DNA of 64,000 nt from Isurus oxyrinchus (taxonomy: Eukaryota). Numbering within the stretch: the first letter of the stretch is position 1; each line of letters starts with the position of its first letter. The notes beneath the pieces were generated by a model that saw nothing but the letters and a program-made list of their open reading frames with translations, ran no database searches and was not told where the DNA came from. The DNA lies in NCBI GenBank assembly GCA_026770705.1, contig JANJGN010000008.1, positions 28,520,001 through 28,584,000 on the forward strand. Reading direction: 5' to 3'. This document shows positions 48,340 through 59,700 of this stretch, one piece after another. Both the position numbers and the translations under genes were made by a program.

Positions 48340-48810
48340 CTTCCAGCTTCTTTATCATGCCCACCCCCTCCAACATTTAAGCCTAAACAATTGACACATT
48401 TCACAAACAGCAAGGGTCTTAGTAGTGAGCCCTGCAAAAGCCTGCAAGAAACAGCCTTCCAGTCACAAAAACACCTGTTGACCATAACCCTTTGCTCCTG
48501 CCACTGAGCCAATTTTTGATCCAACTTACCATTTTCCCTCAGACCCCATGAGCTGTTAATTTACTGATTGGTCTTGAAAAAAAGCCTTGCTAAAATTCAT
48601 GTAGACTACATCAAATATGCTCATTAAACCTCCTTGTTGCCTCCACAAAAAATTCAATCTAGTTAGCCAGACCGAAATCCATGCTGACTGTCCTTGATTA
48701 TTCAGCACCATTCTAAGTGAAAACTTATATTTTCTCTCAGAATCAGTCATACACTTCCCTTAGTTATCCTCTTGCTCTTTTAGTATTTATAAAACATCTT
48801 TGGGTTTTCC
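48340..48810 (-). mobile_element. CR1 RT fragments, deleted
   Basis: DVVYMNFSKAF; QGSLLRPLLFV. Confidence 0.65.
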
Positions 48811-49062
48811 TTTGTAGTTTGTAGGTTTTAGGGAGCAGAAGAATAAACAAGTGATGAGATGGATTAGATTATAAACAACCAAACAAGTTTAATGAAAATA
48901 ACAAATAAACAGTCACAATAGGCTATATCGCAACCTAAACAGCTTTTGCAGAACTTTTAGCTCACCCTCCTTCCTTTGGCACAACATTTTTAAAAAAAGG
49001 ATGACTCTTCCCTAATCCTCCTCATAAGACTAACCCTAGAGTGTAAATTTTATTTTTTGTTA

Positions 49063-49265
49063 AGAAAAACAGCATAATGTAGATGCTGGAAAACTGAAAT
49101 AAAACAGAAAATGCTGGAACCAGTCAAGTAGTATTTGTAAAGAAAGGAAATAGTGACATTACAAGCATAGCACTTTGTCAGAATTGATTCTTGTCCTGAC
49201 AAAGGCCAATGTCTGAAACATCAATATTTTCCTTTCTTTACTATAGTTTTTACACTTGGCTGTTT
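49063..49265. mobile_element. Old inverted pair of Penelope-type tails
   Basis: gatgctggaaaactgaaataaaacagaaaatgctgg tail, then inverted arms 49138-49181 and 49196-49240. Confidence 0.6.
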
Positions 49266-50739
49266 GTAATGGCCCACAATGCTCATGAGACCATCTGCAC
49301 AAGAGCTACATTATATTGATATACTGCGTGAACTTGGATTATTCTGTCTGTGATAAACTTCTCATCTCCTTTGTAGCTGAAAACTAGGGTACAGGAAAAC
49401 AAAATAGGTACCTTGTACAGTTGAATCAAGTTTAACAAATTCATGCAATAGTTTCCTAAATTTTCCCCTGCGCAACACCCCAGTCCATTTGCATGTGTTG
49501 TCAGGTACTTCACATTAATTTGAGTATGTACCCTGAGTTTGGATTTGTCTACATGCTTTACCAACACAATATATTCACCGAGAAGTAACGACCTAGAAAT
49601 TTGTTTTGGTATGTTGTCAGGCCTGTAATGTTCTATACATGAGGAGTACATTCTATAAAGCAGGGATCCCAGGCTGTCACCTGAAACTGTACCTCAGACT
49701 TCATCAGCATATCTGCAATGAACTGCAGGTGTCTGCCACACCTCCAGTGGAAGCTTGCCAGTGGCAACAGCCTTCGAAAGCCTGGGAGTGTGGGGGGCTG
49801 AGGTGGGGGGAAGAACAGGAGCTGGGGGGCTAGAAGGTGCCTGGAGTGGTGTACCTCCTGGATCCACATGAAGATAAGTTTAGAAAAAATAAACAATGCT
49901 TTTTTGTTGGAAGCCCTGATTATACCTCAGAAAATGCAGGGGAAGCCTGAGCAAAGCATGCCCAGCACATGCTCCATTCAGCCCTGACCAATTTAGGAGA
50001 GGGGTTCTGAAACAGGTGCTAACCACCCATTAACATAAACGAGGTACCTAATATTTGTTTTAGGTAGCCTGAGTATTGCTGGACTTGATGTATGGTCGGA
50101 CATTAGACGCCCTTTGAATGTAGAACATGACTCTGCAAAATTATTACATTTTTCCTCTTATCACATCCCAACAAAATTGACAAACAGGGTCCAATTTCCC
50201 TGCCAATGCCTTTGAAGTGACATTTTGCTAATCACACTTTAATATGCATCTTCCCAACCAGGAAACAAGCCTTAAGTAACCAAATTTAAAGTGACCCATC
50301 ACATCTCATGGATACTAGAAATATAGAATATTTCTTATGAGTTAAATTGTGATGAATCCCATACCTCCGGTGGAAGGGGCCTTCTCTTTCAATCCAGACT
50401 ACCTCTTCAGGCCAGAAATGTGTGAAAGAGGTGTGCCATCTCCAACAAACATTCCTCATAATGGACCACCAGCTTCTCAAACTCTACTACATATTTCTTA
50501 ATACCTTGTCACAAATTCCTCCGCATTATTTTCTTTTGTTAAAGTTAATATAAGACCATATTCACTTCCTTCCATCCCCTCTGTGTTTTGGGCCTTATAG
50601 GCTGAGAGATGTTGAGAGAATTCAGGAGGTAATTGAGGAGAACCTGTAAAATGGGCTGCAGGAGGAAATAAAATTTAGACAGTGTCAGCATAGTGCAGTC
50701 ACACCACAGTACAACAAATTGGTGGGATTGGATTCTTCT

Positions 50740-51865
50740 TATCAGATAGTCAGGCTGCTCTATTGACTACCATGGACTTTCTAATAGGAAAAGAGAAGGC
50801 TAAGGCATAAAGAGGTCTTTAAAATAATGAAGGAGGTTGATAGGGTTGACATAGAGAAGATGTTTCCATTTGTGAGTAAATCCAAAACCAGGGCCATAAA
50901 TATAAGATGGTTCCAAATAAATCCAAGGAATTCAAGAGAAACACATCTACTCAGAGACTGATGAGAATGTGGAACTCTCTACTACATGGAGTACTTAAGG
51001 TAAATAGCACAGATGCATAGGCCGGAATTTTACATTTGGCACGCCCAACACGCCAGAGGGTAAAATAGCGTGCGATGACATTGGGCGTGTGTCAATGTCA
51101 CCACACATCATCGCGATATTTCGTTTGGGTGGGCACATGCGCGTCCGTCGATAATTGAAAGGTCTATTAAGGCCATTAAGGACCTAATTAACTTGAATTT
51201 TACGCTGCCCGTCTAACCTTATGGTTGGCGGCGGCAAAAAGGCCAAGCGGCATTTACATTTTTTAGTAAACGTCACCCACAAGCGGGACGAGGTTTCCTA
51301 AAGTTATTACAAGTTAAACAAAAACTTTCCTTTGAAATTAAAAACATGTCCCATCTCATATGACACAGTCACATCAGGGGGGCATGTTTCTTTGAATTTT
51401 TATTGTATTTAATAATTTTTTTTACAAAGCGCCTCAATCTCCCTGAGACAGCTCCATGCCTCAGGGAGATTGAAGCGCTCTTTCGCATGCATGCACTACC
51501 TGCGCGCTACACCAGACCCCCCTTTCCTCCCCCGGCCTGCATAGGTAGCACTGAGTGCTACTGATCGTGATCCACACAGGGCGGGCCTTAATTGGCTTGC
51601 TCGCGTGAAATAGCGGTGCAGAGCCTATCGTAAGTGGCGGTCAGCTGCCGGACTGCCCCGCCCGACTGCTCCCGCTGAGCCCACCCAACATGGGAAAAAT
51701 TCAGGCCATTGATACATTTAAGGGGAAGCTCGAAAACTAAATGAGCGTGAAAGAAATTGAAGAGTATTTCAAAAGGGTAAGATGTCGTAAATAGAATGAT
51801 AGGAGGCTTGTCTGGGGTATAGATCTATAAGTCTAAATGGCCTGCTTCTATGCTGTAAATATGAT
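50740..51865 (+). mobile_element. CR1 3' fragment interrupted by a MITE
   Basis: agaaggctaagg..gtctttaaaataatga..gatgtttcca..gaatgtggaactctctac; resumes gatacatttaaggggaagc after 51707. Confidence 0.65.
51020..51707 (+). mobile_element. MITE family A copy
   Basis: TIR ggccggaatttt...aaaattcaggcc; homologous to 4997-5670. Confidence 0.78.
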
Positions 51866-51914
51866 GTTCAATAAAAGCCCCAGGTTTAATTCTTTGTCTG
51901 ACCTAATCACATAG

Positions 51915-52357
51915 GTATTAGTGGCAGCACTCTTGGTTCAGAGTCAAAAGACTGTGGGTTCAAAATCCAACTCCAGGGATTTGAGCAAGTAACTAAGACT
52001 GACACTCCAGCGCAGTACTAAGGCAGTGCTGCACTGTCAGAGGTACCATCTTAAGATAAGGTGCTAAACTAAGACATTGTTTATCCTCTTGGATCTGATG
52101 CCACTATTTTGAAGAAAAAACAGCAAAGCTCTCCTTGGTGTCCTGGCCAATATTTATCCCTCATTCAACATCACAAAAACAGATTATCTGGTCATTATCA
52201 CATTGTTCTCTGTGGGATCTTATCATGTGCAAATTGGCTGTTGCGTTTCACTGCATCATGACTGTGACTATACTTCAAAATTACTTCATTGATTGGAAAG
52301 TGTTTTAGGACATCTTTAGGTCAAAAATGGCACTATATAAATGCATGTTCTCTTTCT
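51915..52357 (+). mobile_element. Deu-domain SINE (SacSINE1/AmnSINE1-like)
   Basis: tRNA-like head, gctgcactgtcagaggt, ggtgtcctggccaatatttatccctca, acagattatctggtcattatcacattg, tail gcactatataaatgca. Confidence 0.8.
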
Positions 52358-52849
52358 TACCCTTCATCTCACCCAGGTGGCTGTAGGAGTGAAAGGAGTA
52401 CAACAACTGCTTTGTTCTATTTTTTCTGTCCCTGTCTGTAGGGATCCCTTTGGTTTCCCTTCAATGCCTTCCTAACTAATTATCACTGAGTACACGATTG
52501 TATTATAACAAGTATCATGTGAAATTTAGAAATAAATATGAAATGTGAATGATTATTACAGTTGGTATTTTTTCTAGGGATCCAGATGGTATTAAAAGTT
52601 GAGAGGAAAACTTGAGTAGGTTGTGGATATCATCTGAAGTCTATGATTAAATAATAGCTTCACAGTATCTCTCTGTCATCTGTCATTTTTGTAATGCATA
52701 CTAATGGTTTGAATAAAATATAAACAGTGCTACCACACTGAATAAAAAGAGACCTAACTGTGTTCTCATTGCCGTGGAATAATACTGTCACAAGATCTGC
52801 AGGGGGATAACCATTATTATATATTATCTGGGGTTAACTTGTACAATTG

Positions 52850-53270
52850 GTAACCATTTCCCTTCTGAGTCAGGAAATTGTGGGTATCAGATTTTGTTCA
52901 ATAACACTCTTGTGAAGTATCTTGGGACATTTTGACTACAGTAAAGGCACCATATAAATGCAAATTATTGTTGTTCAAACTCCAATACATGATTTGTGCA
53001 CATAATCCAGGCTGGCTTCAGTATAGTAAGTGTTGCATTGATGGAGATGCTGTTCTTTGGATTAAGGCATTGAACTTGTTCTGGTGAATGCAAAAGGTAT
53101 TATGGTACTGGTCAAAGAATGTTAGGGAGTCCTCCTGGTGTCCTTGCCCTCATTTGGCACTTGAGGTACCTTGCTGTGCAAAAATTAGCTGTGTGTTTGC
53201 CAAATGAGCAGTAACTGCATTTTTAAAAGTAATTCATTGAACATGAATGTCTCCTGAGAGGTATTTAAGT
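52850..53270 (+). mobile_element. Degenerate Deu-domain SINE copy
   Basis: ctgagtcaggaaattgtgggt..gcacataatccaggctg..ggtgtcctt..gctgtgcaaaaattagctg. Confidence 0.55.
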
Positions 53271-53805
53271 AAAAGCTATTTTCGTAAGGCAGTATTCTAA
53301 TCTTGAGTACTTCCAGGTGGCTGTTGTTTCTTGATCATTTTCACAGTAGTAGTGCAGCTTTATTTCCCTTGTTTACCAATAAAAATTACCATTAATGGTA
53401 AGAAACTTCAATGGAAATTAAATCTACCGACATGTACAATGGGCTGTGGATTTACCAATACCCATTTTATACTATCGTACAAGATCAGAATTTATGTGGT
53501 TAAAGCATAATGATATCTACATAGAATGATTAATAATAGAACACAATCACTCTGATTATCAAGTGATAATCATCGGATTAATTGGATGCAAACACTCTGG
53601 AAATTATGAAGTAATTACTTAGCAGTTCTAAAGCAGAATTAGAAGAGAGTTAAGAGATTGCTAGCTGATTATAGTTCAATAGCTTCCTTCAGCTACAACT
53701 CTTCAATTAAAATGATTGTTAAGAGGATTATCACATTTATGAAGGTAAATCTGAGTTGATTTAAAGTAGATTTTACATTGCAATTGTTTATGTTTCTGCT
53801 CCCAG

Positions 53806-54001
53806 TACGATTTCATGGAGCGTCTTGATGGCAAGGAGAAGTGGAGCATGATGGAGTCACCACGTGAGCGGAGAAGCATCCAGACCTTAGTCATCAATGA
53901 AGCTGCATTTGTTCAGTACTTGGATTCAGGAACATGGCATCTTGCTTTCTACAATGATGGGAAGGAAAAGGAACTGATCTCCTTCAACACTGCTGTATTA
54001 G
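53806..54001 (+). CDS. TENM2: Teneurin-2 coding exon containing the RERR furin site
   Basis: [65 protein letters not shown], near-identical to vertebrate TENM2. Acceptor ctgctcccag, donor G|GTGAGT; phase 0/1. Confidence 0.96.
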
Positions 54002-55649
54002 GTGAGTAGAACTGGCGTTCAGTGTATGGGCTTCCTAATATATATAAAACCTAGAGCATAACTATCTCCTCTGTTCAAAAGTTTCCTTTTCCAATAAAGC
54101 TATAATTTGGAACTATTTCATGGGGATACAATAAAAGAGCTGCTGTCTGTTTGTAATAACTTCAAATTTTAAAAAAATTGGAGAGGTTGTGCCTCTATTT
54201 TGGGATGGCCTCTCTCTCCCTATAAGCTACCATGGAATCCTACCACTGATTTCAGCCTGAAAGGCCTGTTAGCCCTCTAGCCTTAAGAGTCTGCCCACTG
54301 ACCTTAAATGGACATCGAACCTGCCCTCTGGCCACTAATGAGCCAATTCAGGGAAAATCACAAGTGAGTGACTGTTTCCCATACAGTATGCACTTCTAAC
54401 CCATATTTGAAACTGACTCAGGCAGAGTTCAGAAGCCTACAAGAAAATGCTGTACCATATTTCTACGCCCTGAAAACTGCCACAATCTATTCTGCATTTT
54501 CTTTTAACAGGAACATTCTGTGTGTTTTTTTCTGTCTCCACCATCCCCCCCACATTTGTTTTAAAAACTAGTGCTTCTGTGGTGCTGTTCATCCTTATCC
54601 AAGAGATTACCAGCTTCTTTAGGTGCCTGAAATAGTGCTAACCAACATGTACTGCTACTCTTGAGATATCTATTTCCAATAAGCAGGAGACTACATTCTC
54701 AGTATCAAATTATCCTACCATCTAACTTCAAAACCCAGGATTTAATTTACACCTTAAAGAATTAAAGAACATTTGGTATGGTGTTGCCTTTGTATCAGGG
54801 GATGCCTTAAGATGTAGCTCAGTGACATCAGTAAAATTAGGGGTTATTTTAAAGAGATGAAGTCTACAACAGTACTCACTATGTTTAGCTACTTTTTAAC
54901 TATCCCTCATAATTGAACACAGATAGTTACTCTTGTCCACTTTGATGCTACAGTCTTGAAATTCTTTAGTCCGTGATCCTGGGATTGTTTCCACCAGTGA
55001 TGTCTGACATTAACCTAACCAGGATTTGGGATGCCAGGGGTGGTGGTGGTGAGGTGAATCTACTTTGTACTGGGCAGGTGGGCGCAAATGCCAAGGCAGG
55101 TCCTTCCCTGACACCTGCTTGCTTCATGTAACCACGTTTCCCTACTCCGCACCACCAACCCCATCCACCTCCATTCCCATGTAAAGATGGCCAATCAGAA
55201 AATGTACAATTTTTAAAAGTTGTCCTGTTCTTCAGGGGTTCAGGTCATCTGGTGGAGTGCACATGTGCCCATCAAGCGCTTGGTGTGTCTCATCTCACTG
55301 GCATGTTAGCCTCCATTACTAAATTAGGTGCAAAATGAGCCAAGGAGGTAGGATCTCCCAGTGTCACATGGGAATCCAGTAGATCCCGCAAGAGATCTCA
55401 GCTTCAATTCCAAACTGAAGAGAAAAGAGGAGACAGAGCATATCGGGACCCATGGCAATGGAGTCTCAAGCAACACTTTAATGAAAATTCAGCTGTGGCA
55501 ATGATAATAACTTTAAAACGAGTCCCAGTGTAGCTTGGCTGGGAAGGGGTAAAAATTAGTAAGAATTCCATAGTGCTGCACTTTTCTGTAAAATATTTAG
55601 TCTCATATGTGACACCATCTTCAAAAAATGAGGTGGAAATTAAGAGCGA

Positions 55650-57737
55650 GGACTAGAAATTTGATTTCTTCAATTTTTGGGCACTGGGGTCGCAATTGGT
55701 GATGTGTCCATGTCTGTTCAGCCTGCAAAATTCATATGCCCTCATCTAAATTGTGACATTAGCTGGTGCACCTCAATACTGATCACTGCCTCTTAATTCT
55801 GCCAGTGAGCCATGCACACAGCAGGAGGCTACAGCAGCATTGTTTGTCAATCACGTGCTACAGGCAACCTGCTCTTTCTTAAAGGCAGCCTGTCACTTAA
55901 ATGGATGCTGCGCAAAAAAGATTGCTGCAATGCAAATTTTTGGAAACAGAACACCAGAAAAGACAAGTAATGGATGCAATGCTGGAGGCATTATCAACAG
56001 AGGTGTGAATGAAAAGAGATGCCATGGTCCCATAGCGGGCCAGGAAACCCCCAAGGACCACCCTCAGAAGGGAGTGGGGAGCATGAGTAAGGTCAATGCC
56101 TGGATTCTGGACTCGAGGACCTCACAACAACACCACAAGAGATCTAATGACCTCACACAGGTGGTCAAAGTCAGTGAATGCATTTTCACAGGACATCTCC
56201 TGTCTACTACACCAGCAACCTCTGACACTGCTCAATGCACAACACCCTCATCACTTACCCAATAGTGCTCCCTGGCACTCAGTTTTCAGGCTTAACATGC
56301 AGATTTTCCACCTTGCATTCACAGAGCTACCAGTGCAGCCAGCCCCACACCCACCGCTTGTTAGTTCCACATTATTCCAGCTATTCAATTATGGCAGGTA
56401 CATCATCCAATCACAGAGCTACACAATCACTGACATTCTTCTCCACCCCCACCCCCCCCTTCCGCTTGTTGAACTAGGTGGCATACAACAGTAAGGAGCA
56501 GAGCAGATGAGCAAAGAACAAGGACACCTGCATCTCCTGAGCCCAACGGAGGAGATGGTTCTCAGCCTCAGCTTGGGGCTGAATGCGATGGAGCCTTTGG
56601 CATCCAGCATCACTGAGAACATTGAAGATGACAGTGTCTTCCTATGCTTTGCCCCTTCTCAACTCCCAGCTCACTCTTTGTTGTGACAAACAAGCTGATA
56701 TAGTGTGGCTATGGACCTCCTGTTTCCTACCCCAAGCCCCTTCTTTCACAACAACCTTCTCCTGAGATAAAAACAAAAAATGCTGGAAATACTTAGCCGA
56801 TCTGGCAGCATCTGTGGAGAGAGAAACAGAATTAAGGTTTCATATTGATGACTTTTCATCATAACAGCCTTCTGAGTCCCTGCTTTCAGCCACCTACCTT
56901 CCCAGCCATGGGAACCCCAAGAAGTGGGAAGAGAAGCAAACAGAACTGATGAAGAGGCCCTGTCACTGATCTGTCACTCACAGCCACTAGTTCCATATTG
57001 GACCTGCAAATATCTTGGAGGTTAGTATAGAATTGGAATTGGCATGTGGTGAGTCACCAGGCATGAGTGGCTGCAGCTGGGCCAGGGATAAAGGATAGCT
57101 TATTTGGCAGCTCACTAGAGGGTGAGGTGGCAGAGTGCTCAGATGGGAACTTTAATGGAGTGGCGTACAGGAGAGTGCTGAACGGGCATGCACACCACAA
57201 TGCTGGGTGTGTTGGCTGGCCTACCAGACAGCCTCTGCTGTCACAGTCAAGGAGCATGAAGGAGCCCGGCTCCAACTTGGCTGAAGACATGGTGCACAGA
57301 TTCTGCTCCATCTTCCTATTATGTTGCAAACCCAGATGCACTCAGCCTTTATGTGAGCAGGTATCTCTATCCTTCTATGAGGATGAGGCAATACTCTCTG
57401 GCCAATGCAGGAACTTACCAAGACACTTCCAAAAACACTGCAGAGTACTTTCAAACATTTTACAATAGAAAAAGTTCCAAAAAACTAACTTAGCTGCAAT
57501 TAGGGTGCCAAACCCTTTAAATAATGCTACTGCAGGGCTTATATTGTTACTTCACACTTCTTTTATCATTGCTGAACAACACAGGCAAGGCCAGGACCTG
57601 CGTTGTTTAAATTTGGGATCCTGGCGTAACATCAGTGCCAACTCAACTTGTGCATGCATATCCTTAGAGAAAAAGACTGCACCTGCCCACTAGAAAGCCG
57701 GGTGGGCCTTTGTATGCAGATGAATTTTGTGGCCCCA
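55650..57737 (+). mobile_element. Decayed Harbinger-type element with a Myb/SANT ORF2 remnant
   Basis: KVNAWILDSRTSQQHHKRSNDLTQVVK resembles VNA.S..PRT..QC.K.FNDL; downstream segment VAYNSKEQ..HLHLLSPTEEMVL. Boundaries approximate. Confidence 0.55.
56764..56862 (-). mobile_element. Penelope-type 3' tail fragment with degenerate hammerhead
   Basis: aaaaatgctggaaatacttagccgatctggcagcatctgtggagagagaaac..gtttcatattgatgacttttcatca. Confidence 0.65.
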
Positions 57738-58549
57738 GTATCGGAACAAAGTCTGAAATCTATGATCCCTTATACACTGAGGTTCAAGTCACCCATTAGT
57801 AGTTGCTCAACATGGCAAGGATAATGTTTGTGAATTAATGTTTCACCTCCAGTTCTGGATGTAATGCTAACTATAGCCAGTGGCATTGGATCTTGAATAT
57901 TAGTGTTTCTGTAGCTTGCTAACACCAAATTTCTTTCATTTGCATCACTCAATAAGTAATCACATTGACTTTTGCAAGAGAGACAGAGAGAGATAGAGAC
58001 CTTATTTATCCCTGACCCAGTTTCCAGAGGTGTAGTTTGTCTTTCACTCGATGAAAAAAGGGTCTTATTTTCAGCTGTCAGTAATCATTTCAATCCTCTA
58101 TTTAAAATTTAATACTCAATCCCTACTAAAATAAGATGAATTATCCAGTTTTCAAAGCTCTGATCAATCAATTTTTGTAAGGTAACAGCAGCAAAGGTTA
58201 TGGAGAATCAGATAAATTGAGTTTGGTTACATAACAGTCATGGTCCGACATAATCTTATGATGTGTTTGAGGGGCTGAATGGCATGCTGCTGTTCCTATT
58301 TTCAAGAAGTTGCTGTTATAATTGCCTTAAATTTTATGAAACGTTATGAATTATTTTTATTATATAAATATTGCCCAGTCCATTCTATTACCTTTGAAGT
58401 AAATACCACACAGTGAGGATTGGATGTTTAATGTTTTTCATATGGCGATCTCACAATCTTATGCCATTGAACTGGGGGGGTGAGGCAAAGAACAAAAAGG
58501 AGGAAGATGCTAACAACAGACAAGAAACTTCCTATTGTCCGTAAAGGGT

Positions 58550-58690
58550 GTACCTACACCACATGGACTACAGCGGTTCAAGAAGGCAGCTCACCATCAT
58601 CTTCTCAAGGGCAACTAGGGATGGGCAATAAATGCTGGCCCAGCCAGCAACGCCCACATCCCATGAATGAATAAAAATAAATAAATAAAT
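58550..58690 (+). mobile_element. LINE/SINE 3' tail
   Basis: gcggttcaagaaggcagctcacc..gggcaactagggatgggcaataaatgctggcc..catcccatgaatgaataaaa; related pieces at ~63420-63570 and, reversed, at ~63955-64000. Confidence 0.7.
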
Positions 58691-59101
58691 AGAAGTCACA
58701 AGGGAAACAATTCATCAAGTCTCTCAGTTCTTATGGCTTTTAACCACAAGCAACTTTAGCAATAGATTATTGGCCAGGAAATTGAAGTGATGTGGAGTGT
58801 TATGACCATGTGAGGAGGGGTGAAATGACTCCTCTATTCTCCCACTCCAGGTTTGATTGTAACAGGGTCTTTAGTGAACCTAGAGAGGATGTACTTTGCC
58901 AATTCTGTTAGAGTCCCACTATTTATGCTCCGAAGTTGTAAAGAATTATTCCGACAGGTTTTTTTAGGTTCAACAAAGAAGAAGATAAACAAAAAAAAAC
59001 AAAAAAAACAAAAAAAAACTGCGGATGCTGGAAATCCAAAACAAAAACAGAAATACCTGGAAAAACTCAGCAGGTCCGGCAGCATCGGCGGAGAAGAAAA
59101 G

Positions 59102-59140
59102 AGTTGACGTTTCGAGTCCTCATGACCCTTCAACAGAACT
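59102..59140 (-). ncRNA. Minimal type-I hammerhead ribozyme-like motif (variant core CUGUUGA)
   Basis: Minus strand: agtt-CTGTTGA-a-gggtc-atgag-gactc-GAAA-cGTC-aact (stem I, core, stem II, GAAA, palindromic ACGU, GUC site). Confidence 0.65.
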
Positions 59141-59661
59141 TGATTTCGAGTCCAAGAAAGAGTTGAAATATAAGCTGGTTTAAGGTGTGTGTGTGGGGGG
59201 CGGAGAGATAGAGAGAGAGAGAGAGGTGGTTGTGTAGACAAACAAGCAGTGATAGAAGCAGATCATCAAAAGATGTCAGTGACAATGGTACAAAAGAACA
59301 CATAGGTGTTAAAGTTGGTGATATTATCTAAACGAATGTGCTAATTAAGAATGGATGGTAGGGCACTCAAGGTACAGCTCTAGTGTAATATCTTTTATGC
59401 TCCCCCCACCCCCACTAGAGCTGTACCTTGAGTGCCCTACCATCCATTCTTAATTAGCACATTCGTTTAGATAATATCACCAACTTTAACTTTAACACCT
59501 ATGTGTTCTTTTGTACCATTGTCACTGACATCTTTTGATGATCTGCTTCTATCACTGCTTGTTTGTCTACACAACCACCTCTCTCTCTCTCTATCTCTCC
59601 GCCCCCCACAGACACACCTTAAACCAGCTTATATTTCAACTCTTTCTCGGACTCGAAATCA

Positions 59662-59700
59662 AGTTCTGTCGAAGGGTCATGAGGACTCGAAACGTCAACT
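59662..59700 (+). ncRNA. Minimal type-I hammerhead ribozyme-like motif (variant core CUGUCGA)
   Basis: agtt-CTGTCGA-a-gggtc-atgag-gactc-GAAA-cGTC-aact. Confidence 0.65.
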
